Of a stretch of DNA of 64,000 nucleotides, positions 47,240-58,140 are shown in pieces. The notes beneath the pieces are model-generated. The model was not told the DNA's origin. It made no database searches and was given only the letters and a program-made list of their open reading frames with translations. The stretch covers positions 1,180,001-1,244,000 of the forward strand of contig NC_045698.1 of the NCBI RefSeq assembly GCF_009834535.1, in the 5' to 3' direction. The stretch's first letter is position 1; every line of letters begins with the position of its first letter. A program made the translations under genes and the position numbers. This DNA comes from Camelus ferus (lineage: Eukaryota).

Positions 47240-48200
47240 TGAGGATATTCTCCAACAAAGTCACGAGGGAGTCAGGAAGATGTGGGTCTGGGAGAACAAT
47301 GGATACAACTCAGGACAGTGAGAAATTTAAGTCCCAGGACAACAGGTGTAGAGAGCAGTGCGTCCAGGAGCACAGACATCTCCAGGAGGGAAGTCTCTGG
47401 GGAGGAAAAAATGAGGATGGAGGGATTTTTCACTGATTTGATAGTGCCCTTAAAATATTAGATCTTAAGGACCAGGTAAAAGCAAGTTAGCAAAAAAAGC
47501 AAAGCAATTAGAAACTCCAGGGAAATCAAAAAGCTATTAGAGGAAGGACATAGAACTGTAGCACATGATTCCACTTTGCAGTGAGTAACATACGCAGTTC
47601 AAAACATAAATATGCTTCATTGACTTTTCAAACTTTAGAGTCAATCAGACAGAAATTAGAGAATGCTTAATTATGACTATGGAACAGGCTGCAAATACTA
47701 GTGAACATGACAATAGAAAAGTAACACGTGAGGAGAACTCGGGAGGTGCAACGGAGGGACGCTGAGTAAGTGGAACCATCAGGAATGTTACAGCCTCATC
47801 TCATGATGCAGGGAAATAATATTTACTCCACAGTTAGTGGAACGAGAAGTAGAATTCCAACCTCATGATCTAAAGTGACAAAGTGACCAACCCTGGAGCT
47901 GAGAATCGTCAGATGTGGAGACAGAGAGGCAACGTAGTGAGCCAGAGTCCCACGGCCCACGTCGCACGGTGGGAAGTCAACAGACAGAACCAAAGCTTGA
48001 TATTTGAACACAGCACTGTAAGCACATCACCACGAGGTGCGGAGGCAAAAACAACCAGAAGTGCGCAGCCGGCGGTGCCTGGAGTGGCCTCTCCCAGGGA
48101 GTGTGCGGCCCGACCCTGGGGCAGGGGCTCTGCTGCTGTTTCACTATTTGATTTAAAAGTCAACATTCAAATATGTTGCTTTTGTAACAATTTAAAAATG
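47240..48200 (+). mobile_element. HAL1-like element
   Basis: 'ggatattctccaacaaag..gagggagtcaggaagatgtggg' and the 3' end 'gcaggggctctgctgctgtttcactatttga...tttgtaacaatttaaaaat' resemble HAL1 as remembered. Confidence 0.6.
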
Positions 48201-48254
48201 CCATTTAAACTTTTGGTAACTTAATAACCTACAAGGTGTCTTTTTCTTGTTTCC

Positions 48255-49010
48255 ACTGTGCAGTTCATTTTAAAGCTAAATGTACATTGTATTTAATTGC
48301 CTGTCAGCTGGGTTCCTGCCACTGAACTTTGCTTGTGATGGATAATTGAGAACTGGCTCTGTAAAGGGGCAGAGAGCTTAAAATAGCTGTGGAACAGCGA
48401 GTGACACACCTCATGACTGGGTAGCTAATCCGTAATATACAATCTTTTCACGGCGACATCTCCCCTGGGACGTCTGCGTTTCGGTGACATGGAGGTCTCT
48501 AAGCGGGAAGCCAGTGGCTGATGGCATGGTTGGTGACACGGCCTGCCCCTCTGCTGGCACTGGGCACTCCGTGCTGGAACCCCTGCTGTGCAGACCCTGC
48601 CTCATCTGCTCACGACTACGTAATCAAACCTGATCGGAATTACCCTCATTATAAGCTCGTCTCCTGATCACTTCCAACCTGCGTGGCCCCAGGGGCCTGT
48701 GTGAGGAGGTCATTCTCTGGCTACTAGCAAATGAGGTGCATTCTCCAAACTGCAGACATAGACAAATACGAGGTCCTGGTGCAAATCAACCCAAAAGCGG
48801 GGGCTGGAGAAGCTGAGAGATGCCACGTGCTTCTATTTGGTGGCATGGAACTTAACGACGTGGGCTAACACCTAGATAATTCTGTAATTTGAGTTAGTGC
48901 AGTCTCTGAGGTAATTAACTGGGTGGAAACAACCATTTTTCATCACTAATAGGTAAGCGCTTGGAAAGCCATGGCATTAGTGCTGGGGAATCACTCTGCC
49001 TTCCTTCAGT
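48255..49010. promoter_or_regulatory. Candidate conserved enhancer cluster
   Basis: Dense TAAT/ATTA cores (tttaattg, gataattg, taatcc, taatca, gtaattaac, gcattag), MEIS-like CTGTCA with E-box CAGCTG, SOX-like CATTGT, in unique DNA. Confidence 0.35.
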
Positions 49011-52000
49011 CCCGCTGCCCCGTTTCCAAACTGAGACGAGCAGGGCCCACGGAGAGAAAATAAATCCGGCTTCCGATGCCACCCCTGCGACGGCAAAGCA
49101 AGTCGTTCGCATTACACCCCTGTAGCGGCCTGGAACTTTGTTTAGAAATTGTGTCGTCAGGCCGTCAGGCCAGGCGTGTGGAAGAGGTTTATGCATTTAA
49201 GCCGTTCTCCTTCGAGTGCTTTGTAAATGCTGTGTGTGAAGGGTTCCTCCCTGCAGCGTGGTGTTTCGTGTAAAAATGGTGAAAAGCACCTTAGGTGCAT
49301 TATAAAGCCAGAGAACACGGTTTTGGAGACGCCGTGCAGCCAAGTGGTGACAGGCATTTGGAAGCTGGGTGGGTCTGCTCGCTGCACTTGGTGGCAGGCG
49401 GGGTCCTGTCCCTGCAGGTGTGGGTGTGAGCCTCACCCACAGCCTCGCTGGGGGGCCCGAGTCAGGGGACGTGAGAGACTGTCCTCTGGTCTCAGGCACG
49501 TGAAGGGAGGCGAAAACGTGGTGGCTGAATATACGAGAATCCTGTGCTTGTTCAAACAGAGGGCAAAGCGTGGTGTCCTGTCGCCCCCAGGGGCTGCCGG
49601 GTCCCCGTGCCCAGATCAGTGTCCCGGAGCCCGAGAGGGCAGGAGCTCTGAGTCAGAGACCTGGCGTTATGTCCGCCACGTGTCCTGCTGAAGCCCCTCC
49701 GGTCGGGACAGGACGAGGGACGGGCGCGTGGAGGCGTGGAGCCTGCAGCCCGTCAGGGAGGCTGGGTCCACCCTGTTCCAGGCGGGTCACCAAGGAGGAG
49801 GTGGACAGGGCTCGTCAGCCACCCGCCCAGGGCTCCTGCGGGCCTGGGTCCTGGCCCCGCGCTCGACCCGCACACAACACAGCCGCCCCCAGAGGAGTGC
49901 GCAGAGCGAGTCTGAGCGCGTGTTACGTCCTGTGCGGACGGCGGGCATGCGGGCCAGGAGATAAAGGACTCCCTTTCTGGCGCCCTCTGAGTGGTGCCGC
50001 GCACATCCCATGCCTCCCAGCGTGTTCACTGTTCAGAGAATTTACTACTTTTATCGTGGAAGGAATACATGCTCATTAGAGAAAGTCAGGAAAACACAAA
50101 ATGTATTGGAACCAACATGCTCTTAAGAAATGTCTGACCGTAGCGCCCTTTGGACGCGTAAGGTTTTAGCACCCAGGTTACGGGGGCCTCGTGAGTCGGT
50201 CGGAGAGACTTCCTTCTTCCTGGTTTCTGCCAAGCATGGAAGCCCTGCGTTCCCAAAAAGCTTGTGAAAATTCAGCAGGAAAAACCCACAATAATTTGTT
50301 TCTTTTTCTAAGTTATAAAAGCATTCACAGATTTCCGTTTTCTCTGAGTTCAGCTTTTGCCCTTCCCGTTCATGTCCACGTGCGAGGTTCTCACTTTGCT
50401 TTTCAGTTAACCTTAATGGGAGTCTTTATCTTCTCTTTGAAAAGCGAGTCAGGATTCTGTCCTTCAGATGTCAGAGCTGGGCTTTATTCTAACCCCTGTG
50501 ATCGGTTTCTCTAGCTTGCTTTCTCCGGCCTGCGGTCGACGGGTGTCATGCCATAAGCTCATCAGGGGTCTCTGAAAACTAGCAGATGACTCTCTTCTGC
50601 AAACGTTTGGCTGTTGTTCCAAGTGATGGAGGAGCTGCCGTCGCCTTTAGAAAGCAGTTTCCTCCCAGCTGCTGACTTACAATTTATTTATCGTGTTTCA
50701 CCATCAGCCGTTTCTCTCCACTTGGTCTGCGGCTGGCTGAGGGGTGTGTTTACCTCTGTTACCTCTCGATGTCAGTTTACATTTCTCCTTGTGTTTCCAA
50801 CAGTCTCCCACTGCGGCGTCTAGCCAACAAACGCCGTGACAGTTTCTTCGTTGTGTGTTGTGCGTCTCGTCAGGTTAAAGGGCCCTCAGTGGCGGTTGGA
50901 TGCCTTTTGTCCCGTGTTTGGCCCTGGAGGTGGTTCTGTGGATACGTAGGTGGAGGTGGGCGGTGAACAACTGGTCCAGTCCCCACGCCCTCCCTGCTAC
51001 GGAATTGTTCCTTCTCCACCAGGGCAGCCTCTCCTCAGGCTCTGGGCTAGTGAGGACACTTCGACGTGGGCTTGGCCCCCCGTGAGCGCTGGACCCTGGG
51101 TGTTAAATTCCAGGGAGTGGACGGGGCGTCACCCGCAGCCTGAGCAGCGCCCCCAGCTGAACAACAGACCCTCAGCGAGAGACACAGGCTTGTTATTTAA
51201 ACTGTGGAAATCTGAAGGTTGTTCAGGCTGCATTTTGTCAACAAGAGTCTAAGACACAGTGCTGGCACATTATTTCAGAGACCTTTGCAACAGATTGCCT
51301 CAACGTGGGGGCAACTTCCTCTTGTTGGGGGGTAAATTCTCATGGATTCAGGGCCTGCAGGAAGGACCCCAGGGGCCTTTGGATAGCGTGTTTCAGGTTT
51401 TAAGAAAATTTCATTCACTATATTGTAAACAAAACTGGTGCTTAAGGAAATGCTTAACTGATAAAAGGAAACCCGCATGGCGATTCCTCTAACTTTATGA
51501 GATGCTCGCGGATGCATTGGTGATAGTTGCAAATCAGATGTAAATCCAGAGGCACATTTAGGGTTTTCAGTTTGTGACTTCCCTGTGTGTCTATTCGCAT
51601 AGTAAATATGACTTTAAACCAAGTCCCCGAAACAGTGTGTTCACTGCACAAAAGCCGCCCTGAGGTGACGACTCTCCGAGGGGTGAACACCCTGGTCCCA
51701 CTCACGTGACGACGTGCCCCTCCAACTCCCCACGCCACCTGGACGGGGCGGCTGAGGGACCAGCGTGGGGCTTTGAGTCCCGCTTTATATCTGTATGTGT
51801 CTTACAGGCATCTCTAAGCACATTTCCATGCATTCTTCTTATTCTTTCAAGGGTTAACAAATTATTGCACAGAAACACTTTGTTTCTTTTCCTCCGTGCA
51901 GATAACTTTTACTTCTAATTTTTGCCATCGCTCCACTTTCCACTTGTCAAATAACGCTCTGCATTTTAATCCCATCTTTAAAAAGAAAAGTGGGATTTAA

Positions 52001-52015
52001 TCCCACTGGGTACAT

Positions 52016-52066
52016 GAGTGACCCCTGCATTTTATCACCCAAATTGGGACATTTTAAAAGTGAGGG
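52016..52066 (+). mobile_element. MER96-like hAT MITE fragment
   Basis: 'gagtgacccctgcattttatcacccaaattgggacattttaaaagtgaggg' ~ gggtgaccatataatttatcgtccaaaccgggacacttttgagagtgaaagg. Confidence 0.55.
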
Positions 52067-53509
52067 ATTAAAACCTCTTTGCAGCTTGTGTCTAGCAGAA
52101 CAAAGCCAGAGAGGGGGCAGAGGAGATGGTGGGGGCTTGGCAGACCCTGGGGGCCAGCCTGGGGGCAGCACCCCGTGTGCACGTGTGGCCAGCGCCGGGA
52201 GAGTGGTGGCCGGGAGAGTGGTGACCGGGGAGGGGGTGTCAGCCGGGTCAGGGCGTCCTCAGAGACAGGGCCCGGCTGACTGAGGGGTGGGGGCCGCGGG
52301 GAGGGCTGGCGTGGCTGGCTTGTCTGCTGGGCGGTTGCAGCCCCTCACGGTTTCCGGAGCCCAGCAAGCCCGCGGCGCTCAGGCCTGGGCGTCAGGAAAG
52401 AGTGGTGGTGGGCTGGGCGCGGCCACCCCGGCTTCTGCTCTGCCTGTGGACTGTGATGGCAGGCAGGGAAGTCAGCAAGGGGTCGGGTGGGTCCGAGGGC
52501 CCTTTCTGATGTGAAGTCAATCCGTCCTCGCGTGGGGGGAGCTGGTTCTGCTTCTCCGAAGGGAGAGCGACCAACGGCCGGTCACCATGTCCCTGCCGGC
52601 CCCCCGGCCCCAGCCAGGCAGGAAGTGAGGCCAGGGCCTGCCTCGGAGATGAGTGTGTGCAGCTCTGCGTCTGTGCGGCATGGGGAGAAGACACTTGAGA
52701 CACAGCCGGTCCCCTGCCCCGCTGGCTTGTGAGCCTCCCGCCCACCCGCGGGCGCCGGGGTGTGCGGGCCCGGCGGTGAGATGCACGGACCCGGTGGGCT
52801 GTCTGCGGCCCTGCGCCCCCGCACCCCGCCCGTGCTGGGCCCGGCAGGGCCCGCACCCGCCGCCGCGTGCCAGCGAGGACAAAAGCTCAGAGCAGGTTTC
52901 ACCGGAAAATGGCTCTGAGTGGATTACGTTCAGTCCCGGCACTTATCTCCGTTACTTCCATTTGACCTAGTTTTCATTACCTGTTCACTGGCCGGTGAAC
53001 TATTAATTCAGGTAGATTTGGTTAAGTTTCTTTTGCAAGGGTGGTCCTGAAGCATTTCACAATTGTCTGGAGCCTTCATTTTATAAGCAAAGGGAAGTTC
53101 TAGAAGACGGTGAGGGGCGTCCCCTGGGAGGGAAAGGCTCGCCCTCCCGCCGTGGCCCCCAAACCACCCGACGCCCCAGGCACAGGCCGTCCTGCGGCAC
53201 CAGCCGGGGGGCTCGAGTCTCACTCAGCCCCGACTCCGTCTGCCTGGGGCGGCATCCAGCCCCACGGGAAGGGCTCAGGCCCACGGGATCGTCAGTGGCA
53301 AGCAGTCTGTCCCGGGGTTGCCCGCGACATCTGTCCAGTTCAGCGACAAGTAGGGGGTCTCACAACCCCTCCTCACTGGCGGGGCTCATACAGCTCAGAG
53401 CCCACTGACCCGGGCCCCTCACAACACACCCTTCTGCTCTTTGGAGAGTAACAACACCACGTGGACCTTATACAGTGAAACTCAAGAGAAAAAAGTCAAA
53501 ACTAAATGA

Positions 53510-54127
53510 AGAAGCAGCTGGAGTCCTCACACGACGTTCCTGGCAGTGTTAAATGTACAGCCTCTTGGAAGAAGCTTGGCAGGTCCTGATGAAACACGCG
53601 GTTACCTGTGACTTCGGTGCTGCACTGCCAGGTATTCTCCCAAAAGAAATAAAAGTCCATTTTGACAAAAAGACTTGCACAAAAATGTTCACAGGACTTT
53701 ATTCATAACAGCCTCCAACTGGAAACAGTCCCAATGTTCATAAAGAGAAAAGCGAATGAACAGACTGTGACGTTTGTGCAAGGGAATAACAGAGCAGAAG
53801 AGAAGGAACAAGCTACTTAACCTCGTGATCATGTGGGTGAAGCGGACGGACGTCGGGCTCAGCAAAAGAGTCAGAGACAAAAAGCCAGACTTCACGAATC
53901 TGCTGCACGAAGCCCTGCCACACGGATTCAGGAAACACTAATCTGTGGTGACAACAATCAGAAAAGTTTGCTTTGTGGTGGCTGTGGGGCGTGCGGGGGG
54001 CTTTGGAGGCAATGGGCCTGTGCAGTGTTGTTATGGTCCGCATGGCGCGTGCACCTGTCAAAGCCCATCGCATTGTACACCTGAGAACTGTGCACCTCAC
54101 CGTATGTAAATTGTGGCTAAAAACAAA
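53510..54127 (+). mobile_element. L1ME/L1MB-type ORF2 end and 3' UTR
   Basis: 'aaaagacttgcacaaaaatgttcacaggactttattcataacagcctccaactggaaaca' ... 'ttgtacacctgagaactgtgcacctcaccgtatgtaaattgt'. Confidence 0.85.
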
Positions 54128-54199
54128 GAGAACCTGCACGTATTGAACGCTGCTTATGGCCTTGCTTTTATCACCGTGATGGGCTAACATACCTGAAAC

Positions 54200-54690
54200 C
54201 ACTTTCCGTGTTTTCCATGCCTCACTCAGCAAAGGAGAATGTATTTTGGGAAAATGGGAGTCGGTGTCTATAGGAGAAGGGAGTTCTATGTCTAGAATGC
54301 CCCCTGTGGTTTTGGATCGCAATTAGAGGCATTATCAGTGAACTCATAATTTTTTCTTACGGATGGAGAAATGGAGATGTTTGTACACTTACCCGTGTCT
54401 GTACCTGAATCCATGTCTCTCCTAGGTCTGTCTGCCGAGAGAGTCTAAAAGTGATGGCACATCAGGAGCAGTGAACACACCTGCCGCCCGGATCTTGGCG
54501 TCTAATCACCTTTGTCCCGCAGAGGAGCCGTGGTGCCCGGAGGACAGGCTGGCTCGGGCTGACGCAGGGAAAGCCCAGGGCTGCTTGTTATTCAGCAAGT
54601 AAGAAACTCCCCCCAGATCACCAGGACCCCTCCAGTCATGTATTAGTTTAGGACAAGTCATCTCAGAACTTCGCTGCCTGAAAGAATGAG
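54200..54690 (+). mobile_element. L1MC/L1MD-type 3' UTR fragment
   Basis: 'cctaggtctgtctgccgagagagtctaaaagtg...gcagtgaacacacctgccgcccggatcttgg'. Confidence 0.6.
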
Positions 54691-56339
54691 TCGTCATCGC
54701 CCGCGGTGCTGCGGGCTACCCGCCAGGCTGGATGGTTCTCCCTTGGGTCTTGGATGGGACGGTGGTCAGTGGCCAGCTGGGGCTTTGCCCAGGTTTGCTG
54801 CAAAGTCAGACAAATGTGACCTTCTCGTTTTACTTCCTGGCGCCAGCCAGGCAATGGCCACACAGTGGCTCAGAATGACAGGGCTTTACTTTTCCTTCCG
54901 TGAGGCGAGTGTCGGCTGCTAGGGGCGGCGCTGCCGCGAGCGGGTCCCCTTCCCGTGCTGGTGGGCGCCCGGTCAGTGGAAGCGGCCGCAGTCACAGAGC
55001 TCGCGACCACGCTCGGGTGGGGGGCAGGCCCGTGAGCTTGCCCAGCCCTTTGCCAAGGGTAAGGGGGCCTTCCTCTCCCACAGCCTGACTACAGCTGGTG
55101 CCGTGGAAAAGTCTAGCTGCAAGCAGTGTTGGGAACCAGGGTTCTGGCCTTGAAAGTTTTCTCTTTAATGGGAGGTGGGGCAGAGAGACAGGAGGATTGG
55201 AACTGACACTGGGCGAAGCAGCCAGTGCCGCCTGCCTCACCTGACAGCAGAAAAAGTCACTGCTGTTCACTAAGTGTTAGAATATTTTACATAGAAAGGT
55301 TAATCCCAAATAAAGTAGGATGTGCATCTGGGAGCAGGACGCAAAGGAGGCGAATAAAAGCACAACACGCAGCTGCTTCCACGCTGTCTCGGGCTTCAGT
55401 GGGGCTCACGCAGACCCAGCTTCGGGCAGGACGGGACGCCGGGTGTCACAGGCCCGCGCGTGGCTCTGGGAACCTTGGGGACAGTCGTTCCAAAAGTCTA
55501 AGTGAGACTCTGAGTGCCCTGCCGTGAGATGACCTAGTGGCGTGTGTTTCTCTGCCCGATTTCCCTCTGATTAGCCAGAAGGTTCGGTTCATCCTCTTTT
55601 CCTTAATGTTCCGCTTTGCTCTTCTGTCCCCCTTTTCCTTCCCTTTGCATTCACAGAGATGAGAAAACCAAACCGGACGAGGGCAGCGGCCGCCTGTGCG
55701 CGAGGGCGGGGGCGGGTGTGTCTGCAAGCTTCCCTCCCCCTGGGTCCGGGCTGCCCTGCTCTCGCTCTCGTCCCTGTGGGCTTAAAGGTCTCCTTCACGC
55801 TTCGGCCTGCCCTCCTCTGAGAGGTGGGTCCCCCGCAGCCAATAAGGGGCCGTGAGCCTCCTTTCCGAGGCGAGCCCTCCGCCAGCAGGCCTCCTCCCTG
55901 CATCAGTGCGCGGCTTGGATGGCACAGCGGCCGTGACGCCCCCACCCCCGGCTGGGCGCCCCCGGCAGAGCCGACGCGTCTCCTGCAGCCGCTGTCTGTG
56001 TTTCGCACACCCGCCTGCTGTGCACGGCCACACGACTGACCCCCAGTGCGTCTGTGTGGGCACGAGCAGCTGGTGTTTGTTCGAGGGGCCTGCGGTCACA
56101 GGCGTCTGGGCCACTGCGACCTGGCAAGTATTTGCTAAATTAAAGAGAGTGCACAAGTGGGCCTGCAAGTATTTCTTTAATTAACTCCATGCAGGGTTTC
56201 CTGAGCAACTCTGCCCATTTACAAGCAGGGTCGCCGGACACTAAAAGGTAGCATCACTCACCCGAGGTTTTTTGTTGAAAAAATGAGTGTTGGAGGCATG
56301 GGCTCTGTGACCTTGGGCGGACTACGGAGGAAAGAGTGA

Positions 56340-56705
56340 GTGGGCAAAGCCTGAATAGACGTCGTTTCAGAGGCGACATGCCGACGGCCAGCAGGCACGG
56401 GGAAGGGTGCCCGGCACCTCTGATCACCAGGGAAACACAAGTCACGGCCGCATGAGGCACCACCCCACGCCTGTCCGGATGGCTGCTACCGAAGAGATCG
56501 CCAATAATACGTGTTGGCGAGGATGTGGGGAAAAGGGTGTCCTTGCTCACTTTTGGTGGGGGGGTAAATTGGTGCAGCCACTATCCAAAACAGTGTGGGC
56601 GTTCCTAAAAGAATTAAATTATTTATCCAGACGCAAGTGGCATCGGTATCTCCAGAGACATCGACACCCCCGTCGCTGCGGTGTTACTCACAGCAGCCGA
56701 GACGC
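56340..56705 (+). mobile_element. L1 ORF2 C-terminal (Cys-rich) fragment
   Basis: ORF 56407..56859 contains MRHHPTPVRMA..NNTCWRGCGEKG.LAHFWWGGKLVQPLSKTVWAFLKEL ~ [49 protein letters not shown]. Confidence 0.92.
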
Positions 56706-57244
56706 GGCAGAGGAGCCGCCCCACGCCCCTTCTGCTGGCCGGGCGGGGCCGGGCTGCCCTGAGCCTTGGTCCGGGCCCAGGTTTTGCGGGCGGGTTTTCT
56801 CACCGCACGTGTCTGAAGCCAAGAAGCTGAGCCCAGTGATGCTAGGAGTGTGGGCCTGAGAAGGGGAGATTTCGCCAGCTCACCTTCGCGTGTCTTTCCT
56901 GGTTTGACACTGAAACACTCCAGGCAATCACTTCCATGAAGGACGCAGAGTCCAGCTGTGGGCGCCTGCTGCCAACACCACGTTCAGGGCCGCACAACCT
57001 CATCCTCGCCGTCCCCCAGCGGGCACGCGTGTGAGCCCGGGATCTCCCTCTGCGCGTCCCCCTGCTCCCATGACACCCTGACGGGCAAGCTGACAGCATG
57101 AGCAACCGACCCCGGGAAGGCAGCAGACGCCAAACTTTAACTTAATAGTCTCTCAAGAAGGATCAGTTTTCTATTTTTCCCCAAGATTCTCACTTGGACA
57201 TAGGATTTCTAATTGGCCTTTTCTCCTCTTTTTAAAAGAAAACG

Positions 57245-58140
57245 GCGAACATTTATCAAGAGAGACCGTGCTGGGCCTTAAAACAAGTCCCAGGAGGAGA
57301 GAAAAGATTAAATCGTAAGAAAACGTGCTCCGACCGCGGTGGGCAGTCAGAGGTCCTCACAGCTCAGTGCGGTGACAAAACAGAGCTCAGCAAACGGGCC
57401 AAGGTCAGCAAACGCACTTCGCAGCGGGAGCCGTCTGAATGGCCGGTACCCTCCCGTCCCTCGGAAATGTAAGTTAAAACCTTGCCCTGGTGGCACCGTA
57501 CGCCAGTGGAACCCAGAAAACGGAGACACCGGGACGCTGAGGGTGACCGGGAGCAGGCCTCCGTTCTCAGCTTGCTGCCGGGGCTGGGAGGCGGCCCAGC
57601 TGCTCTGGGAGCTGCAGCGGCGCCTTCCTGGGCAGACACGGCCTTACCAGGCCCGTTAGGATTGCACTCCAGGGACTCATCCAAAAGCAATGAAGACACG
57701 TCCTCACAAAGACTTGCGCGTGAATCTCCCCAGACGCTTTTGTTGTAATAATCAAAACCTGGGGACAACGCAAGTGTTCTTCAAGAAAGAAATAAACAAA
57801 TCACGACTGAGACCCACGGTGAAATACGACGCAGCAGCGGCGAGAAGAAACGCACTGCTAACATAGGCAGCAGGATGGAGTGGCCTCGGAATCACCAAGC
57901 TGAGTGAAAAACGCTGGCCAGAGGCTACATACGAAATTCTAGAAAATGCAGTGTGATACATATGTCATTCATCGCTCCCTGGGGCTCGGGGTGGGGAGAA
58001 GACGGAGGGAGACCGGGCTCCAGGGCTCTTGGACCGGTGGGAACATCGTGCCACTTCACTGCGGAAGTGGACCCGCCACTGCACGTGAACCGTGAACTTC
58101 AAATCGGTAAACTTGTAGTATCTTAGTTATGCCTCCAATC
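57245..58140 (+). mobile_element. Old L1 fragments (end of EN, then ORF2 C-terminus and 3' UTR)
   Basis: 'tgctgggccttaaaacaagtc', 'ggaaatgtaagttaaaacc', 'aatgaagacacgtcctcacaaagacttg', 'aaattctagaaaatgca', 'ttagttatgcctc'. Confidence 0.8.
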
